A stretch of 64,000 nucleotides of DNA from Phycisphaerae bacterium (GTDB lineage Bacteria; Planctomycetota; Phycisphaerae; UBA1845): positions 1,472,001 to 1,536,000 of the forward strand of contig CAXXGO010000006.1 of the NCBI GenBank assembly GCA_963666835.2, in the 5' to 3' direction. The position numbers and the translations under genes are program-made. Below are positions 1-10,600 of this stretch, one piece after another; within the stretch, counting starts at the first letter, position 1, and every line of letters begins with the position of its first letter. The notes under the pieces are model-generated. The model was not told the DNA's origin, searched no databases, and saw only the letters and a program-made list of their open reading frames with translations.

Positions 1-888
1 CCTTGGGTGACCATGTGGTCGGTCCTCGAGGCCAACGTCGTCAACATCGCCGTGAGCCTCGTTTTGATATTCGGCTTCTTCGGCGTTCCGGCCATGGGAA
101 TCGTCGGAGCCGCCTGGGGTACGTTTGCGGGGGTGTCCTATCGCACGGTCCGCCTGACGTGTATTCTGGTGACGCCGTCGATGGAGCAGACTTACGGTTC
201 GCGGCAAACTTGGCGGCCGTCGGCGAAAAAACTCCGCCAACTGCTCCGCGCCGGGTTGCCCTGCGGTCTGCACTGGGTCTCTGAAGTCCTGGCGTGGTCG
301 ATCTTTGTGACGGTTCTGGTTGGAACGAAGTTCGGCACGCCTCACCTCGTGGCTACCAACACCGCCTGGCAGTATCTGCGAATCTCGTTCATGCCGGCGA
401 TGGGCGTGGGGCAGGCGTTGACGGCCCTGGTCGGCAAATCGATCGGGGCCGGCGACCCGCAGCGGGCCATTCGTGAGACCCGGATTGCCGTGTCGATTAC
501 GGGGGTGTATATGATTTCCCTGGCGTTCGTTTACGGAGTGTTCCGCCACGAGTTGATCATGATCTTCAACACGGACCCGGCCGTGGTGGAAATCGGTGGC
601 AAGCTGATGATCTGCGCCGCGGTGTTCCAGATGTTCGACGCGCTGGGCATCACCTATAGCTCGGCTTTGCGCGGTGCCGGAGACACTCTCATCCCCTCCG
701 TCTTCTTCGTGGTCAATAGCTGGCTCATCATCGTGGGTGGCGGGTGGCTGGCCACGAAGCTCTTTCCGGAACTGGGCAGCCTGGGGCCGTGGCTGGCTGC
801 GGCGAGCTTCATCGTTATCGCGGGTATCTTCCTGTGGCTGCGGTGGCGCGGCGGGGCGTGGATGAAGATCGACCTGCTGAGTACTTAG
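1..888 (+). CDS. MATE family efflux transporter, C-terminal part (5' end outside window)
   Basis: Frame is open from base 1; multiple TM helices; MATE motifs 'VGKSIGAGD..RA' and 'SALRGAGDT'. Confidence 0.9.
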   Translation, partial: PWVTMWSVLEANVVNIAVSLVLIFGFFGVPAMGIVGAAWGTFAGVSYRTVRLTCILVTPSMEQTYGSRQTWRPSAKKLRQLLRAGLPCGLHWVSEVLAWSIFVTVLVGTKFGTPHLVATNTAWQYLRISFMPAMGVGQALTALVGKSIGAGDPQRAIRETRIAVSITGVYMISLAFVYGVFRHELIMIFNTDPAVVEIGGKLMICAAVFQMFDALGITYSSALRGAGDTLIPSVFFVVNSWLIIVGGGWLATKLFPELGSLGPWLAAASFIVIAGIFLWLRWRGGAWMKIDLLST

Positions 889-1408
889 CGCCGGTTCCAG
901 AGAGGTGGTGGGTGCAGATTCGCGTCACTCCACCGTTCTGCGAGCAGCGTTTCACTCGTCGAACTGCGGGCACTTCACGTACCGCAGTGGCACAGGCGAG
1001 ACTACCAACACGTTCAAAAAACCGGTACCGGTTCCGTTTCCCGAGAGCCGCGCCCCACCTCAGGTACTGCTGGAGATTTTTCTTGTCCTCGACGATCCGA
1101 ACCGCTACGATTGTATATGAGCCTGCGTTTTTCGGCCGTTGCCGAGAGACAGCGGGGCTCACCGACCTGATCACCAGGAGCCGGCGGAAGTTCGGAAGGA
1201 AGGGACATGCCCGCGGCATTGTTTTGCAGGAGTCGTCGGGCATCTTGCTGAACGAAGTTGGCCTTCAGAACATGGTGGAGGTTTGGTCTGGCAAAGGGCA
1301 GGGGCATTTCAAACGGCGCCCCGGATCAATGGCTGAGTGGTGCAGATTATCCGTAAGAACCCGAGTGCCGTGGCTGGATACTGTCCGCAACGTACTTGGG
1401 TAACCTCA

Positions 1409-1439
1409 GAGAGGGGCGGGCTCCGCACCCGCCCCTCTC
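1409..1439. other. Strong 12-bp GC hairpin in intergenic region (terminator/attenuator-like)
   Basis: GAGAGGGGCGGG-ctccgca-CCCGCCCCTCTC followed by CTTAATTA. Confidence 0.4.
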
Positions 1440-1670
1440 CTTAATTAGCAGGTTGTGGCGCCGGCGGACTGCCACGTCTTCCACCGGTGCGCGTAATCTG
1501 ATCGCAGAGTGGGCCGGGGAGTGCCCCGGCAATCGTAGCGTCGTGTTTTTCGCCCGGCGTAGCGTTTGGGCCGGCACCTCTTTGGCAAAGTACGTGCAGC
1601 GCCCCGTGCACTTTGGGCGGCGAGTGCCAAATGGAATGACATGCATCTGTTTTTTTGGAGGTCAAGGACG

Positions 1671-4310
1671 ATGAAAAAACGACAAGTCCGCGTAAAGCCG
1701 GCAGTCGCGAGAATGGTGTTTGTAGCGGTTGCGGTGTTCTGTTGGGACAGCCAAGGCGCATCGAGTGATCCCGAGGGAGTTGCCCCACTTTCTGAACAAG
1801 GCGAGGCAATCCCCTGCGCATCTTGGCCAACCGGAGCCGACGTTCGAAACGGCGCCTGCGGGCGCACCGTGGGGGCTTGCTGCGCCGCCGACGGCAGTTG
1901 CACACCGGATCTGTCACCCCAGGACTGTGACACCACCGGTGGCGCGTTCCTCGGTGTCGGCACCACGTGCGCGCCAAACTGCTGCCCGCCGCCGGAGACG
2001 GAAACGGGGGCGGACGCAGCTTGCGACATCTACGCGTGCCACGACGGAACCGACTGGGTCGCCCCCTACGATCTGTGCGGGGCGAGCGATCCGGGCGATC
2101 CAGACTGTGACGTCAGCGCCGGCGAGACTTGCCTGCTCCGCGCAACCGGTCCGACTGAGTATGCCATCGATATACCAACATACGGCGACCCCCCGAACGT
2201 AATCACGTTCATGGGAGACAGTAGCGGTCACGAGCCGTACTTCACTTCTGAAGACGGCGACGACTGCAACCTCGGGAGCGCTGCCGACCCCGGCTGGTAC
2301 GAGAGCTTCGTCGTTACGAACAATGACGGCCCGGAGTACGATTGCGCGGTCGTCACGTTGGATTTATGCTGCACCGATCCGATTCATATTCCGGCCTACA
2401 TCGTGATGAAGGACTGCTGCCCGTGTCCGGGTGGAAGTTGCTGGGTCGAGCTCGATCGACGCGCCGACGGCAGTGCCAAGTATGGCTGGGGGCCGGACTG
2501 CGAAGTGGAGGTCGACGGCGTGGAATACTGCTGCCAGGAGGGCAACTTTGTCGGCCAGTTCATGGTCAGGTCGGGCCGCCATTCCTGGCAGATTGCGACT
2601 GGTCGGATCTGCGAGGGCACGATGCACGGTTGCGAGACCGATGACGACTGTGATCCGGGCGTGTCGTGCGTAGACGTAGCGGGGCCGTACACCGGTCACA
2701 TCACCGTCGAAGCCTGTCCGCGGGCGGCCTGCTGCTTGAACGCATGCAGCGACTCGGCTTCGCCGAACCTGGTACCTTGCTGGGACGACAGTGATTGCCC
2801 GGGTGCCGGGGCTACCTGCAATACTACATGCGAGGTTCGCACGCGGTTGACCTGCGATCTAGACCACGGGCAATTCCTGAAGTTCGAAAGCGGTACCGAA
2901 GAGACGTGCTCACCGAACCCGTGTGTTTGGGGCGTTTGCCTGTTTCCTGATGGAGTTTGCGATGATTCGGTCGCTTTTGACACTGAGGTTGAGTGCGAGG
3001 CGTTCGGGGGTGTGTTTTACGGAGGGATAACCTGTGATCTCGTGCCCTTCGGATGCCCGTTCGAGAGCAGCAGCACCTGCAAGGAGGAATGTCCGGACAG
3101 CGAGATTGTCATGAGCGACTTGGCCAACGAGATCCGGATCGCGGACGACTTCCGCCCGGCCGGCACTCAGATAGGTGAAATCTGCTGGACGGCGGGATAC
3201 TACGGCGGCAACGATGAGGTGGGCGAGTTTGAGTGTTCGAGCAACCCGCCCTGGGGCGCCTGGGTCGTGCGTTTCTATCAGGATAACGCTGGTCTACCGG
3301 GCACAGAGGTCGGACCGGCCGGGGGCCAGGAAGTCATTATTCTGGCGTCGAACCATCACGGCGGTACAAGCCGCCTGTGGGATTATCACGCGATTCTTCC
3401 CAGTGCGGTGGACGTCAATCCGGGCGACTGCTATTGGATGGAGCTTACCGGCAACGGTGAAGGCCCGGATGGCTGCCATACATACTTGTCCACCGCCATC
3501 GAGGGCAACGACTACAGTATGTGGGACAACCTCGAGTACGGATCCTACGGCCCTGAAGACGCGAACAATGTGGACATCGTCTTCTGTTTGGACACGGGGC
3601 TCTCTGGCACCACTGATTGTGACGATGTTGTGGCAGCTTGCTGCACTTGTCCGGGTTGCACGCCGGATTTGACCGAATCGGAATGCGTTAGCGATCTGGC
3701 CGGCGTCTGGCGGTTGGGGCACACTTGCGCGACCGCAGCCTGTCCCGACGTCGCTCCGCACAACGACGACTGTGAGAATGCCGAGATCGTTGCGGGAATG
3801 GACAGTTGGCGCTGCCGCGGCGGCCTCAACGACGGCGACCCGTGCGATATCGCTAATTGTCACAGCGACTGCCCGGATGACGGCGACGACATAGGTCGGT
3901 GTATTGGTTATCGCATCATCACATTTGACAACGTCTGCGCGGCACGAGAGAACGAGCCGCCCACAAGTTGCGGGGGAGTGGGCGATCTGCATTACGACGT
4001 CTGGTACCGGTTCACCCCGCAGATAAGCGGCGTGTTGACGGTTTCGTTGTGCCCATCCGATGTGAGCGACGGAGCGCTGTGGGATACCATGATAGCGGTC
4101 TATGATACGGTCACATGTCCGGTGACGGCCGGTGACGAGATCAAATGTGGCGACGATGAATGCGACTTCGCCGGCCCATCGGAGATTACGCCTACGACAG
4201 TCTACGCGGGCCTGGAGTACCTGATTCGCATCGGAGGTTGGTCATCGCCGGCAACCTACGGAAACCCGCGCGGTTGGGGTGAGGTGGAGTTCTCCTTTGC
4301 GGATGGGTGA
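1671..4310 (+). CDS. Large secreted Cys-rich protein (GACC repeats, PPC-like beta-sandwich modules); may read through UGA 4308-4310 into the next ORF
   Basis: GGAGG SD at 1657-1661; signal-peptide-like N-terminus; GACC/AACC repeats; module 'NDDCENA...DVWYRFTP...DTMIAVYD...YLIRIGGW'. Confidence 0.8.
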   Translation: MKKRQVRVKPAVARMVFVAVAVFCWDSQGASSDPEGVAPLSEQGEAIPCASWPTGADVRNGACGRTVGACCAADGSCTPDLSPQDCDTTGGAFLGVGTTCAPNCCPPPETETGADAACDIYACHDGTDWVAPYDLCGASDPGDPDCDVSAGETCLLRATGPTEYAIDIPTYGDPPNVITFMGDSSGHEPYFTSEDGDDCNLGSAADPGWYESFVVTNNDGPEYDCAVVTLDLCCTDPIHIPAYIVMKDCCPCPGGSCWVELDRRADGSAKYGWGPDCEVEVDGVEYCCQEGNFVGQFMVRSGRHSWQIATGRICEGTMHGCETDDDCDPGVSCVDVAGPYTGHITVEACPRAACCLNACSDSASPNLVPCWDDSDCPGAGATCNTTCEVRTRLTCDLDHGQFLKFESGTEETCSPNPCVWGVCLFPDGVCDDSVAFDTEVECEAFGGVFYGGITCDLVPFGCPFESSSTCKEECPDSEIVMSDLANEIRIADDFRPAGTQIGEICWTAGYYGGNDEVGEFECSSNPPWGAWVVRFYQDNAGLPGTEVGPAGGQEVIILASNHHGGTSRLWDYHAILPSAVDVNPGDCYWMELTGNGEGPDGCHTYLSTAIEGNDYSMWDNLEYGSYGPEDANNVDIVFCLDTGLSGTTDCDDVVAACCTCPGCTPDLTESECVSDLAGVWRLGHTCATAACPDVAPHNDDCENAEIVAGMDSWRCRGGLNDGDPCDIANCHSDCPDDGDDIGRCIGYRIITFDNVCAARENEPPTSCGGVGDLHYDVWYRFTPQISGVLTVSLCPSDVSDGALWDTMIAVYDTVTCPVTAGDEIKCGDDECDFAGPSEITPTTVYAGLEYLIRIGGWSSPATYGNPRGWGEVEFSFADG

Positions 4311-4922
4311 ATGTGTCACAGTCCGCCGGTCTTGGCGGATGCCCCTGAGGATGGCCCGAAGAATCGCTACCTCTCGATCATGGCGGATAATGACGGTATG
4401 CCAACAGCGCTGCTCGTCGAAGTGGCATCCAGCGAGTACTTCCCGGATTCGGTCGGAGAAGTCAAGTATGTTGGCCCGGTCACGGCTGGCGGCTACTATC
4501 CGCTGATCTCCACGCCGTTGGCCCAAGTCTTGCCAGAAGATCCGCTGCATATCTTCGACTGCATGATCCACCCGGCCGCGACCTTCGAAGTCCGGGCCGG
4601 TGATGGTATTAGTAGCTGGTCGCCTCCGCTCGTGATTGCGACGAGTCCCAGACCCGGTCTTAAGAAGTGGGGCGACTGTGTCGGGGCCTTTACCGGTACC
4701 TGGCAACACCCGGAAGGCAACGTGAGTATCGTCGACCTGATGGCTGCGTTGCAGGCATTCAGCAGGGCGCCAACGGCTCCACCGGATCACTGGGTGGACG
4801 TCCACGATGAGGGCCCGAACAACATCGTGACGATGTCGGACGTCCTGTTGATTGTGAACGCGTTCATGGGCAACGATTACCCGTACGATCCGGGTACCGC
4901 GGCGATGCCATGCACTGATTGA
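4311..4922 (+). CDS. In-frame continuation: NRY-motif plus dockerin-like domain homologous to the C-termini of the proteins at 36976-38766 and 39307-41118
   Basis: ATG directly follows the TGA in the same frame; 'KNRYLS', 'WGDCVGAFTG', 'PNNIVTMSDVLLIV...YPY' match the paralog C-termini; no signal peptide. Confidence 0.75.
   Translation: MCHSPPVLADAPEDGPKNRYLSIMADNDGMPTALLVEVASSEYFPDSVGEVKYVGPVTAGGYYPLISTPLAQVLPEDPLHIFDCMIHPAATFEVRAGDGISSWSPPLVIATSPRPGLKKWGDCVGAFTGTWQHPEGNVSIVDLMAALQAFSRAPTAPPDHWVDVHDEGPNNIVTMSDVLLIVNAFMGNDYPYDPGTAAMPCTD
4322..4339 (+). promoter_or_regulatory. Candidate bacterial SECIS hairpin
   Basis: UCCGCC-GGUCUU-GGCGGA stem starts after an 11-nt spacer following the in-frame UGA; G-starting GGUCU loop resembles the E. 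coli fdhF SECIS. Confidence 0.35.
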
Positions 4923-5066
4923 TGTGATCAACTGAAGATCTCCCTACCGGGACGGGTGATCGCACCCGCCCCGGTTCCCTTCAATACCCGGTTGCGGTAA
5001 TCTGACAGTAACGTCGCCCGGCCTCGAAGGTCGGGCGGGGCGAGAGGCAGATTCGGGAGGACGAGT

Positions 5067-6440
5067 ATGTCCAGGACCCCGCGGTATGTTGCCGAGGGCA
5101 TCCGCCATGCAACGATTAATGGGCATCGGTTTCACCTTCGGCTCACCGATCCGACCCAAGAGAACTTCCTTTGGATCGACGGCCGGTCCCCGCCGCTGGT
5201 ACTCGACCAAGTGGCCGCGGAGTTCGTCGGATACCTCATCGATTCGATGTGGAAGTACCAGCAGGGGGCCGGGGATGAAAGCGACAAGGTCCGCGACGAA
5301 GTGGTCGAACGCATGTTCGAGCAGTACGGCCGGGCCTGGGCATTTGGCCGACAGCGCGTAACCCGCCAACGCATCCGGGCCGATTTGGACCGGATCTTCG
5401 GGACGTTAATGGTCGCGGCCGGTGGCGGCTGCCCGTTCGAGACGGGGCTCAAGACTCAGGAGATTCATCAGGAGGACTGGTCAGCCCCTGCGCGCATGGA
5501 CTTGGCAATCACCTATCGCTGCAACCTCAACTGTTCGCACTGCTACACCGGCGGCCCGCAGGAGACCGAGGAGCTTTCGCTGGATGATTGGAAGCGGGTT
5601 TTGGAGAAGCTCTGGCAGATCGGTATCCCGCAGCTCGTGTTTACCGGCGGGGAGCCCACCCTGCGCGAAGATCTCGTGTCTCTGATCGCCGAGGCCGACG
5701 AATTTGTCACCGGGTTGGTAACTAACGGGACGCGGTTGGCCGAGCTGGCCGAGCCGCTCCACGAGGCCAGCCTCGATTATGCCCAGGTCACCTTGGAGGC
5801 ACACGAGCCGGAGAAACACAATCGAATGGTCGCGGCCGGTGACGAGGACGCGTTTGCCCAGACGGTAGCCGGCATTCGCAAAGCCCTTGAAATCGGGATG
5901 GAAGTAGCGACTAACACGACACTCACCAGTGAGAATGCCGCTGGGTTCGAGGAGCTGTTGCGGTTTGGCAGGGACCTCGGCCTGGCTAACATGGCCTGCA
6001 ACTCGTTGATCTGCAGCGGCCGGGGTACCGCGGCCAAGCGTGACGACAGTCTGACCCCTAAAGACCTGAAAGGCATCTTGACTGCCGCGAACCGTACGGC
6101 GCAAGAGCTGGGCATCAACCTGCAATGGTACACGCCGACGTGCTACCATGAGTTGAATCCGTTGGAGCTGGGCTTCGGTCCTAAAAGCTGCTCGGCCGCG
6201 GCCCACAACATGACCATTCAACCGGACGGCACGGTTCTGCCCTGTCAAAGCTGGCCGGAGGCAGTGGGACGTATTCTGGAGGACGACTGGGGGAGCATCT
6301 GGGAGCACCCAGTGTGTCAGAAGCTCCGCCATCACGGCTTCGGCAAAGATCGCGCCGAATGTGCGGAGTGCGATCTGCTGGCGTTGTGCGGGGGCGGCTG
6401 TCCCCTGGAACACGGACAGATTCGCAAGGAGGGACCATGA
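5067..6440 (+). CDS. Radical SAM protein with C-terminal SPASM domain and probable N-terminal PqqD/RRE-like domain
   Basis: CNLNCSHC (CxxxCxxC), FTGGEP, SPASM Cys pattern CSAA..PC..CAECDLLALCGGGC; GGAGG SD upstream. Confidence 0.92.
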   Translation: MSRTPRYVAEGIRHATINGHRFHLRLTDPTQENFLWIDGRSPPLVLDQVAAEFVGYLIDSMWKYQQGAGDESDKVRDEVVERMFEQYGRAWAFGRQRVTRQRIRADLDRIFGTLMVAAGGGCPFETGLKTQEIHQEDWSAPARMDLAITYRCNLNCSHCYTGGPQETEELSLDDWKRVLEKLWQIGIPQLVFTGGEPTLREDLVSLIAEADEFVTGLVTNGTRLAELAEPLHEASLDYAQVTLEAHEPEKHNRMVAAGDEDAFAQTVAGIRKALEIGMEVATNTTLTSENAAGFEELLRFGRDLGLANMACNSLICSGRGTAAKRDDSLTPKDLKGILTAANRTAQELGINLQWYTPTCYHELNPLELGFGPKSCSAAAHNMTIQPDGTVLPCQSWPEAVGRILEDDWGSIWEHPVCQKLRHHGFGKDRAECAECDLLALCGGGCPLEHGQIRKEGP

Positions 6441-7399
6441 ACCGCTACGCTCTGCTGATCGGCATCGTCACCGGCATCACTCTGGTCCCCACCGGTGCAA
6501 CAGCCGACACCGGAACTTATGAGATTTCCGAGTACCGCGTGACGCTCGTGCCGCTTGAAGACGGTGTTGTCGAGATCACCTACTATCAGGAATGGCGAGT
6601 CACCGGCGGGAACATCCCCTGGATCACCGTAGGAACGGCTAACCGGAGATTCACGGTTCTACCCGACAGTGCCGGCGGAAGCGCCCGCAGCGTTACTCCG
6701 AAGAGCTCCGGCAACTGGTCCGGGGTACACATCGCGCTGGACAGAGAATACCTGCCAGGCGAGATTTTCGAAGTAAGTTTCAAGATCCGCCAGCGCGGGC
6801 TGTTCTATCAGGCCGACACGGGCTACCGGCTCGATTTCATCCCCGGCTGGTATGACCGGGGCAAGATCGGGAATCTCACCGTTGCGTTGGAGTTCTTCAC
6901 CGAACTGACCGGGGTCTCGGCCGGCCCGGAGCCGAGTGAAACAGCGCCGCAGCAACTGGTGTGGGAGCGAACCAACTTGCAGCCTGGCGAGCGGTTTCGG
7001 GTTGGCGTAACGTTCCCGCCGACTCTGTTTCCCGACAATATCGAGCTGGCGGAGACCTCACCCTACGACAAACAGGGCGGTTCGCGCGTCTCGCCCGTCG
7101 TTGGTTCCCTGCTGTTTTTTGCCTTCCTGGTAGTGATCGTTGTCATCTTGTTCGTATGCGCTAAGGGCGGACGTGGGAGCGACTACGGCGGGGGAGGAAA
7201 CGTCAGTATCGCAGGCATCCATGCGGCAACCGGTGGCCGGGTGGTCTCGTGCGCCTGTGCATGCGTGGCCTGTGCTTGCGCATGCGCCTGCGCCGGAGGC
7301 GGCGCCGCGGGATGCGATCGCAAACTGACACGCACCTGCCCATTGTGCGCATACTGCGAAGAAGAGGACTGTCCGCTACGAACTGGGACCCGACGTTAG
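6437..7399 (+). CDS. Single-pass membrane protein: signal peptide, DUF2207-like extracytoplasmic domain, TM helix, Gly-rich linker, Cys-rich CACAC..CACACACAGGG tail
   Basis: ATGA overlap with the rSAM stop codon; AAGGAGG SD; TM 'VVGSLLFFAFLVVIVVILFVCA'; 12 Cys in the last ~50 aa. Confidence 0.85.
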   Translation: MNRYALLIGIVTGITLVPTGATADTGTYEISEYRVTLVPLEDGVVEITYYQEWRVTGGNIPWITVGTANRRFTVLPDSAGGSARSVTPKSSGNWSGVHIALDREYLPGEIFEVSFKIRQRGLFYQADTGYRLDFIPGWYDRGKIGNLTVALEFFTELTGVSAGPEPSETAPQQLVWERTNLQPGERFRVGVTFPPTLFPDNIELAETSPYDKQGGSRVSPVVGSLLFFAFLVVIVVILFVCAKGGRGSDYGGGGNVSIAGIHAATGGRVVSCACACVACACACACAGGGAAGCDRKLTRTCPLCAYCEEEDCPLRTGTRR

Positions 7400-7604
7400 A
7401 GGACCAACCGACGACCGAACTTCAGCCCAGGCTAGAAAGAAGGGACGATAACTCCGCAAGATCGCACCGCGCCGCGTATTCGGCGTTTTCAATCTCCGGT
7501 TGACGGTGCTAGAATCTCCTCGATGGGTCGACGATTCATCTTGCTGTGAGGGTCTGCGCCCATTGCCGATAGCCGATAAGCCGGTCATCGAAGGGAAAGA
7601 AGCC

Positions 7605-10600
7605 ATGAAACAACGGGCATTTCGAGGAACCGTAGCGCAGGCATCCTGCCTGCACACGGCTGCACAACTTCTGTTGTTGATGTGCGCCGTTCTGGCGATT
7701 GATTCACCGGTTGTGGCCGACACTTACGTGGTCGACTTTGACGGCCTACCGGCAGACTACCGGCTTTCCGGTCGGGACTATGCCGGTCTGGACTGGGAGT
7801 TGGGTAATAACGACGGCGCGTGGTATGTGGCCGGCCCACCGAACAATCCCCATTCAGGCACTAAGAACATCTACAACGGTTACGGCAGCACCCTGATCGG
7901 TATCGGGTTTCCCGGTCCCGTTGACGTCCTCGGTGCCTGGTTCGGCCAGCACGGTGCCAGCGGGTGGGCGTCGCTCGGAGTACGGGTCCACGGATTCCGC
8001 GGCGGGGTCGAGGTTGAAACCACCGGTTGGTTCCGCGATGTCTGCGGCGAAGCAACTTGGTTTCCGATAAGCCTGTACAATGTCGATCGCATCGTGATCG
8101 AGTCGGACCCGATCTTGCAGGAAATCGGCATTTTCGGGATGGACGACTTGACGTACCGCGATTCCGAACCGGGCGATCTGTTGGCGATCGTCAAGGATGA
8201 GGACACGGGTTTAGCGCTTCCCGGCGCTACGGTAAGCGTGCTTGGAATCGAGGGCGAAACCGACTGGCAAGGTTATGCGCTTTTCAGCGGCATTCTATCC
8301 GGAGAGGTGCTCGCCGAAGCGAGCCTGGACGGATACTACAGCAGCGAAGCGTGGGCCAATGTCGTCCCGAACTCCGGCACCATCGCCGTGATTCGCCTCA
8401 AGCCGGAGCTGACCGGTTCAGACCCGGGCATAATAGAGGTGCGCGGTCGTTGGTTTGAGCCGGGACGAACCACCTACTTCCTCCACGGCATCTCCTTGGA
8501 AGAGCCGATTACGACCCGAGTGGACTGGAAGAACCACACCCCGGGGCTGTTGTCCTGGCTGACTCCATGGGGCGTGATCGACCAGCCATGGATCGACCCG
8601 GCAGTCAGCCGGACGTTCGATATGGGCATGGACTTCCCGCCGGATGGGGTGCTCCGAGTTGAGGGGAGCAGCAACGATGATCCGACCGTGTTCACCGATC
8701 GATACCTGGCCGGGTTGAAGGTTGTCTCCGAGCCCACCGGGTTCCCGGAGCTGCTGGTCGGACACGTACCCTTCGCCGACACCCTGACGTACCAGGGGAG
8801 TTTCGAGGTCGACGTTGTCAAACTGGGGATCGATCCCGCCGCGATTCCCGAGGCCATCCCCGGATTCGGCGGACGCGTTTTGGGATTCCTGGCGAAGAGC
8901 AAACTCGCCGCCAAGATGACCGGCGACGGCAAAGCCGAAGCTGAACTCGAACTACCCGAGGCGCTGGGCAAGTGGGAGGTCGCCGGGATCGAGATCGACA
9001 CGAAAGTCAGTGGCAAGGCTCTGTGGGAGTATCGCCGGGACGAGTGGCTGCCCGGAGGGGAGGCCGTCGTGGGCGTTGAAGGGAAGTTCCAGACCCAGCC
9101 GTCCTACACGGTCTTTGTGGTCGGCCCCGTTCCGGTCCCGGCATACTGGCGAGGATCACTCGGCATTGCCGCGGAGGGGGCGCTCACTTTGCAGGGCTGG
9201 GCCGGACCGGCGGAACCGTCGTTCCTCGCCGCTCTCAAGCTCGAGCCCAAAGTGGAGTTCATCCTGGGGGTCGGCGTGGCCGACGCCGTATCGGCCGAGG
9301 GCGTGCTGGGCGGATCGCTGGCGTGGGAATTCGAGGCCGTCCCCGCATGGGAGACGAAAGCGGTCAAGCTCGGCCTGGCCGGCAGCCTGCGGATTACCGT
9401 GTTGGTGTTTAAGTATGAGCAACCGCTACTGAATTACGAATGGAGTCTCTACGAGAGCCCGTCCCGGTTCGAACAGCAGGGGGATCCGGCCGCGCAACCC
9501 GTTGAGCCGGAACTGATGGACCGCGATTACCTCGGTCGGGGCTACGCCGTGTTCGTCGGTGACGGGGCTGCCGAACAGATCCGTTCGCTGAGTGGCGGGA
9601 CCGTAGAAGCGCCTATTCAGACGAACGTCTTTCCGGAGTCGAACCCGTTTCTGGCGAACCTGGGCACCGATCTGTCATTGGCCTGGCTCTACGACGACCC
9701 TTCCCGGGCGGCGGTGAACCGAACGGAGGTCGTCTATTCGGTGTGGGACGGAGCAAACTGGTCTGCGCCGGCGGCGATCGACGATGACGGGACCGCAGAT
9801 TTCCATCCCAAGATTGCGGCCTTGCCGGACGGAGACGCCTGGGCAACGTGGATGGACGTCAAGCAGGTGCTGAGCGCGGACGCCACCGTTGAAGACATGC
9901 TGGCGAACCTCGAGATTGCGGTCGCCCGTTACGATTCTGATAGTGACGTCTGGTCGTCACCGGTGGTCCTCACGGACAATGTCCACCTGGATCAGAGTCC
10001 GCGAATCGCGACCGCGGCCAACGCGACCGCGATGCTCACCTGGGTGAGCAATACCGGCGACGAGCTGCAGGGTACCGCGGCCTACCCGAACGATATCTAC
10101 TTTTCGCGCCATGACGGCACCAGTTGGTCCGCCCCCGCGGCGGCTGTATCCGGCGTACCATCCGTAATCAAGAGCGCCATGAGCTTCGACGGTACCAACT
10201 CCGTGATTGTCTACTCTGCGGATACCGATGGAGATGACGCGACCCCTGACGATCGCGAGCTGTACGGTCTGACGTTCGACGGCACTACCTGGTCCGCGGC
10301 AACGCTGCTCACGGATAACGAGATTGAGGACGCCAATCCGCAGGTAATGTACGACACCTCACTACCGACTCCGACGCCGTTGGTCTTCTGGTATCGCGAC
10401 GGTGAGATCGTCATGTCCACGGATCTTGATCTGGACGTCTATGACACGGTAGTGTCTCTTGGAGCGTCCTCTTCCGGGGCGGCGGATTTCCACGCAACGC
10501 GCGGCGCCGACGGGCGCATCGCCCTTATCTGGCAGGACATCAGCACTGAAGGTGTCGATCTGTGGTACGTCTACTACGACCCAACCAGCGCGACCTGGAG

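Noticed and set aside
744..1646. Several overlapping ORFs between the MATE gene and the 1671 gene
   Set aside because: No recognisable motifs or SD; likely spurious in GC-rich DNA.
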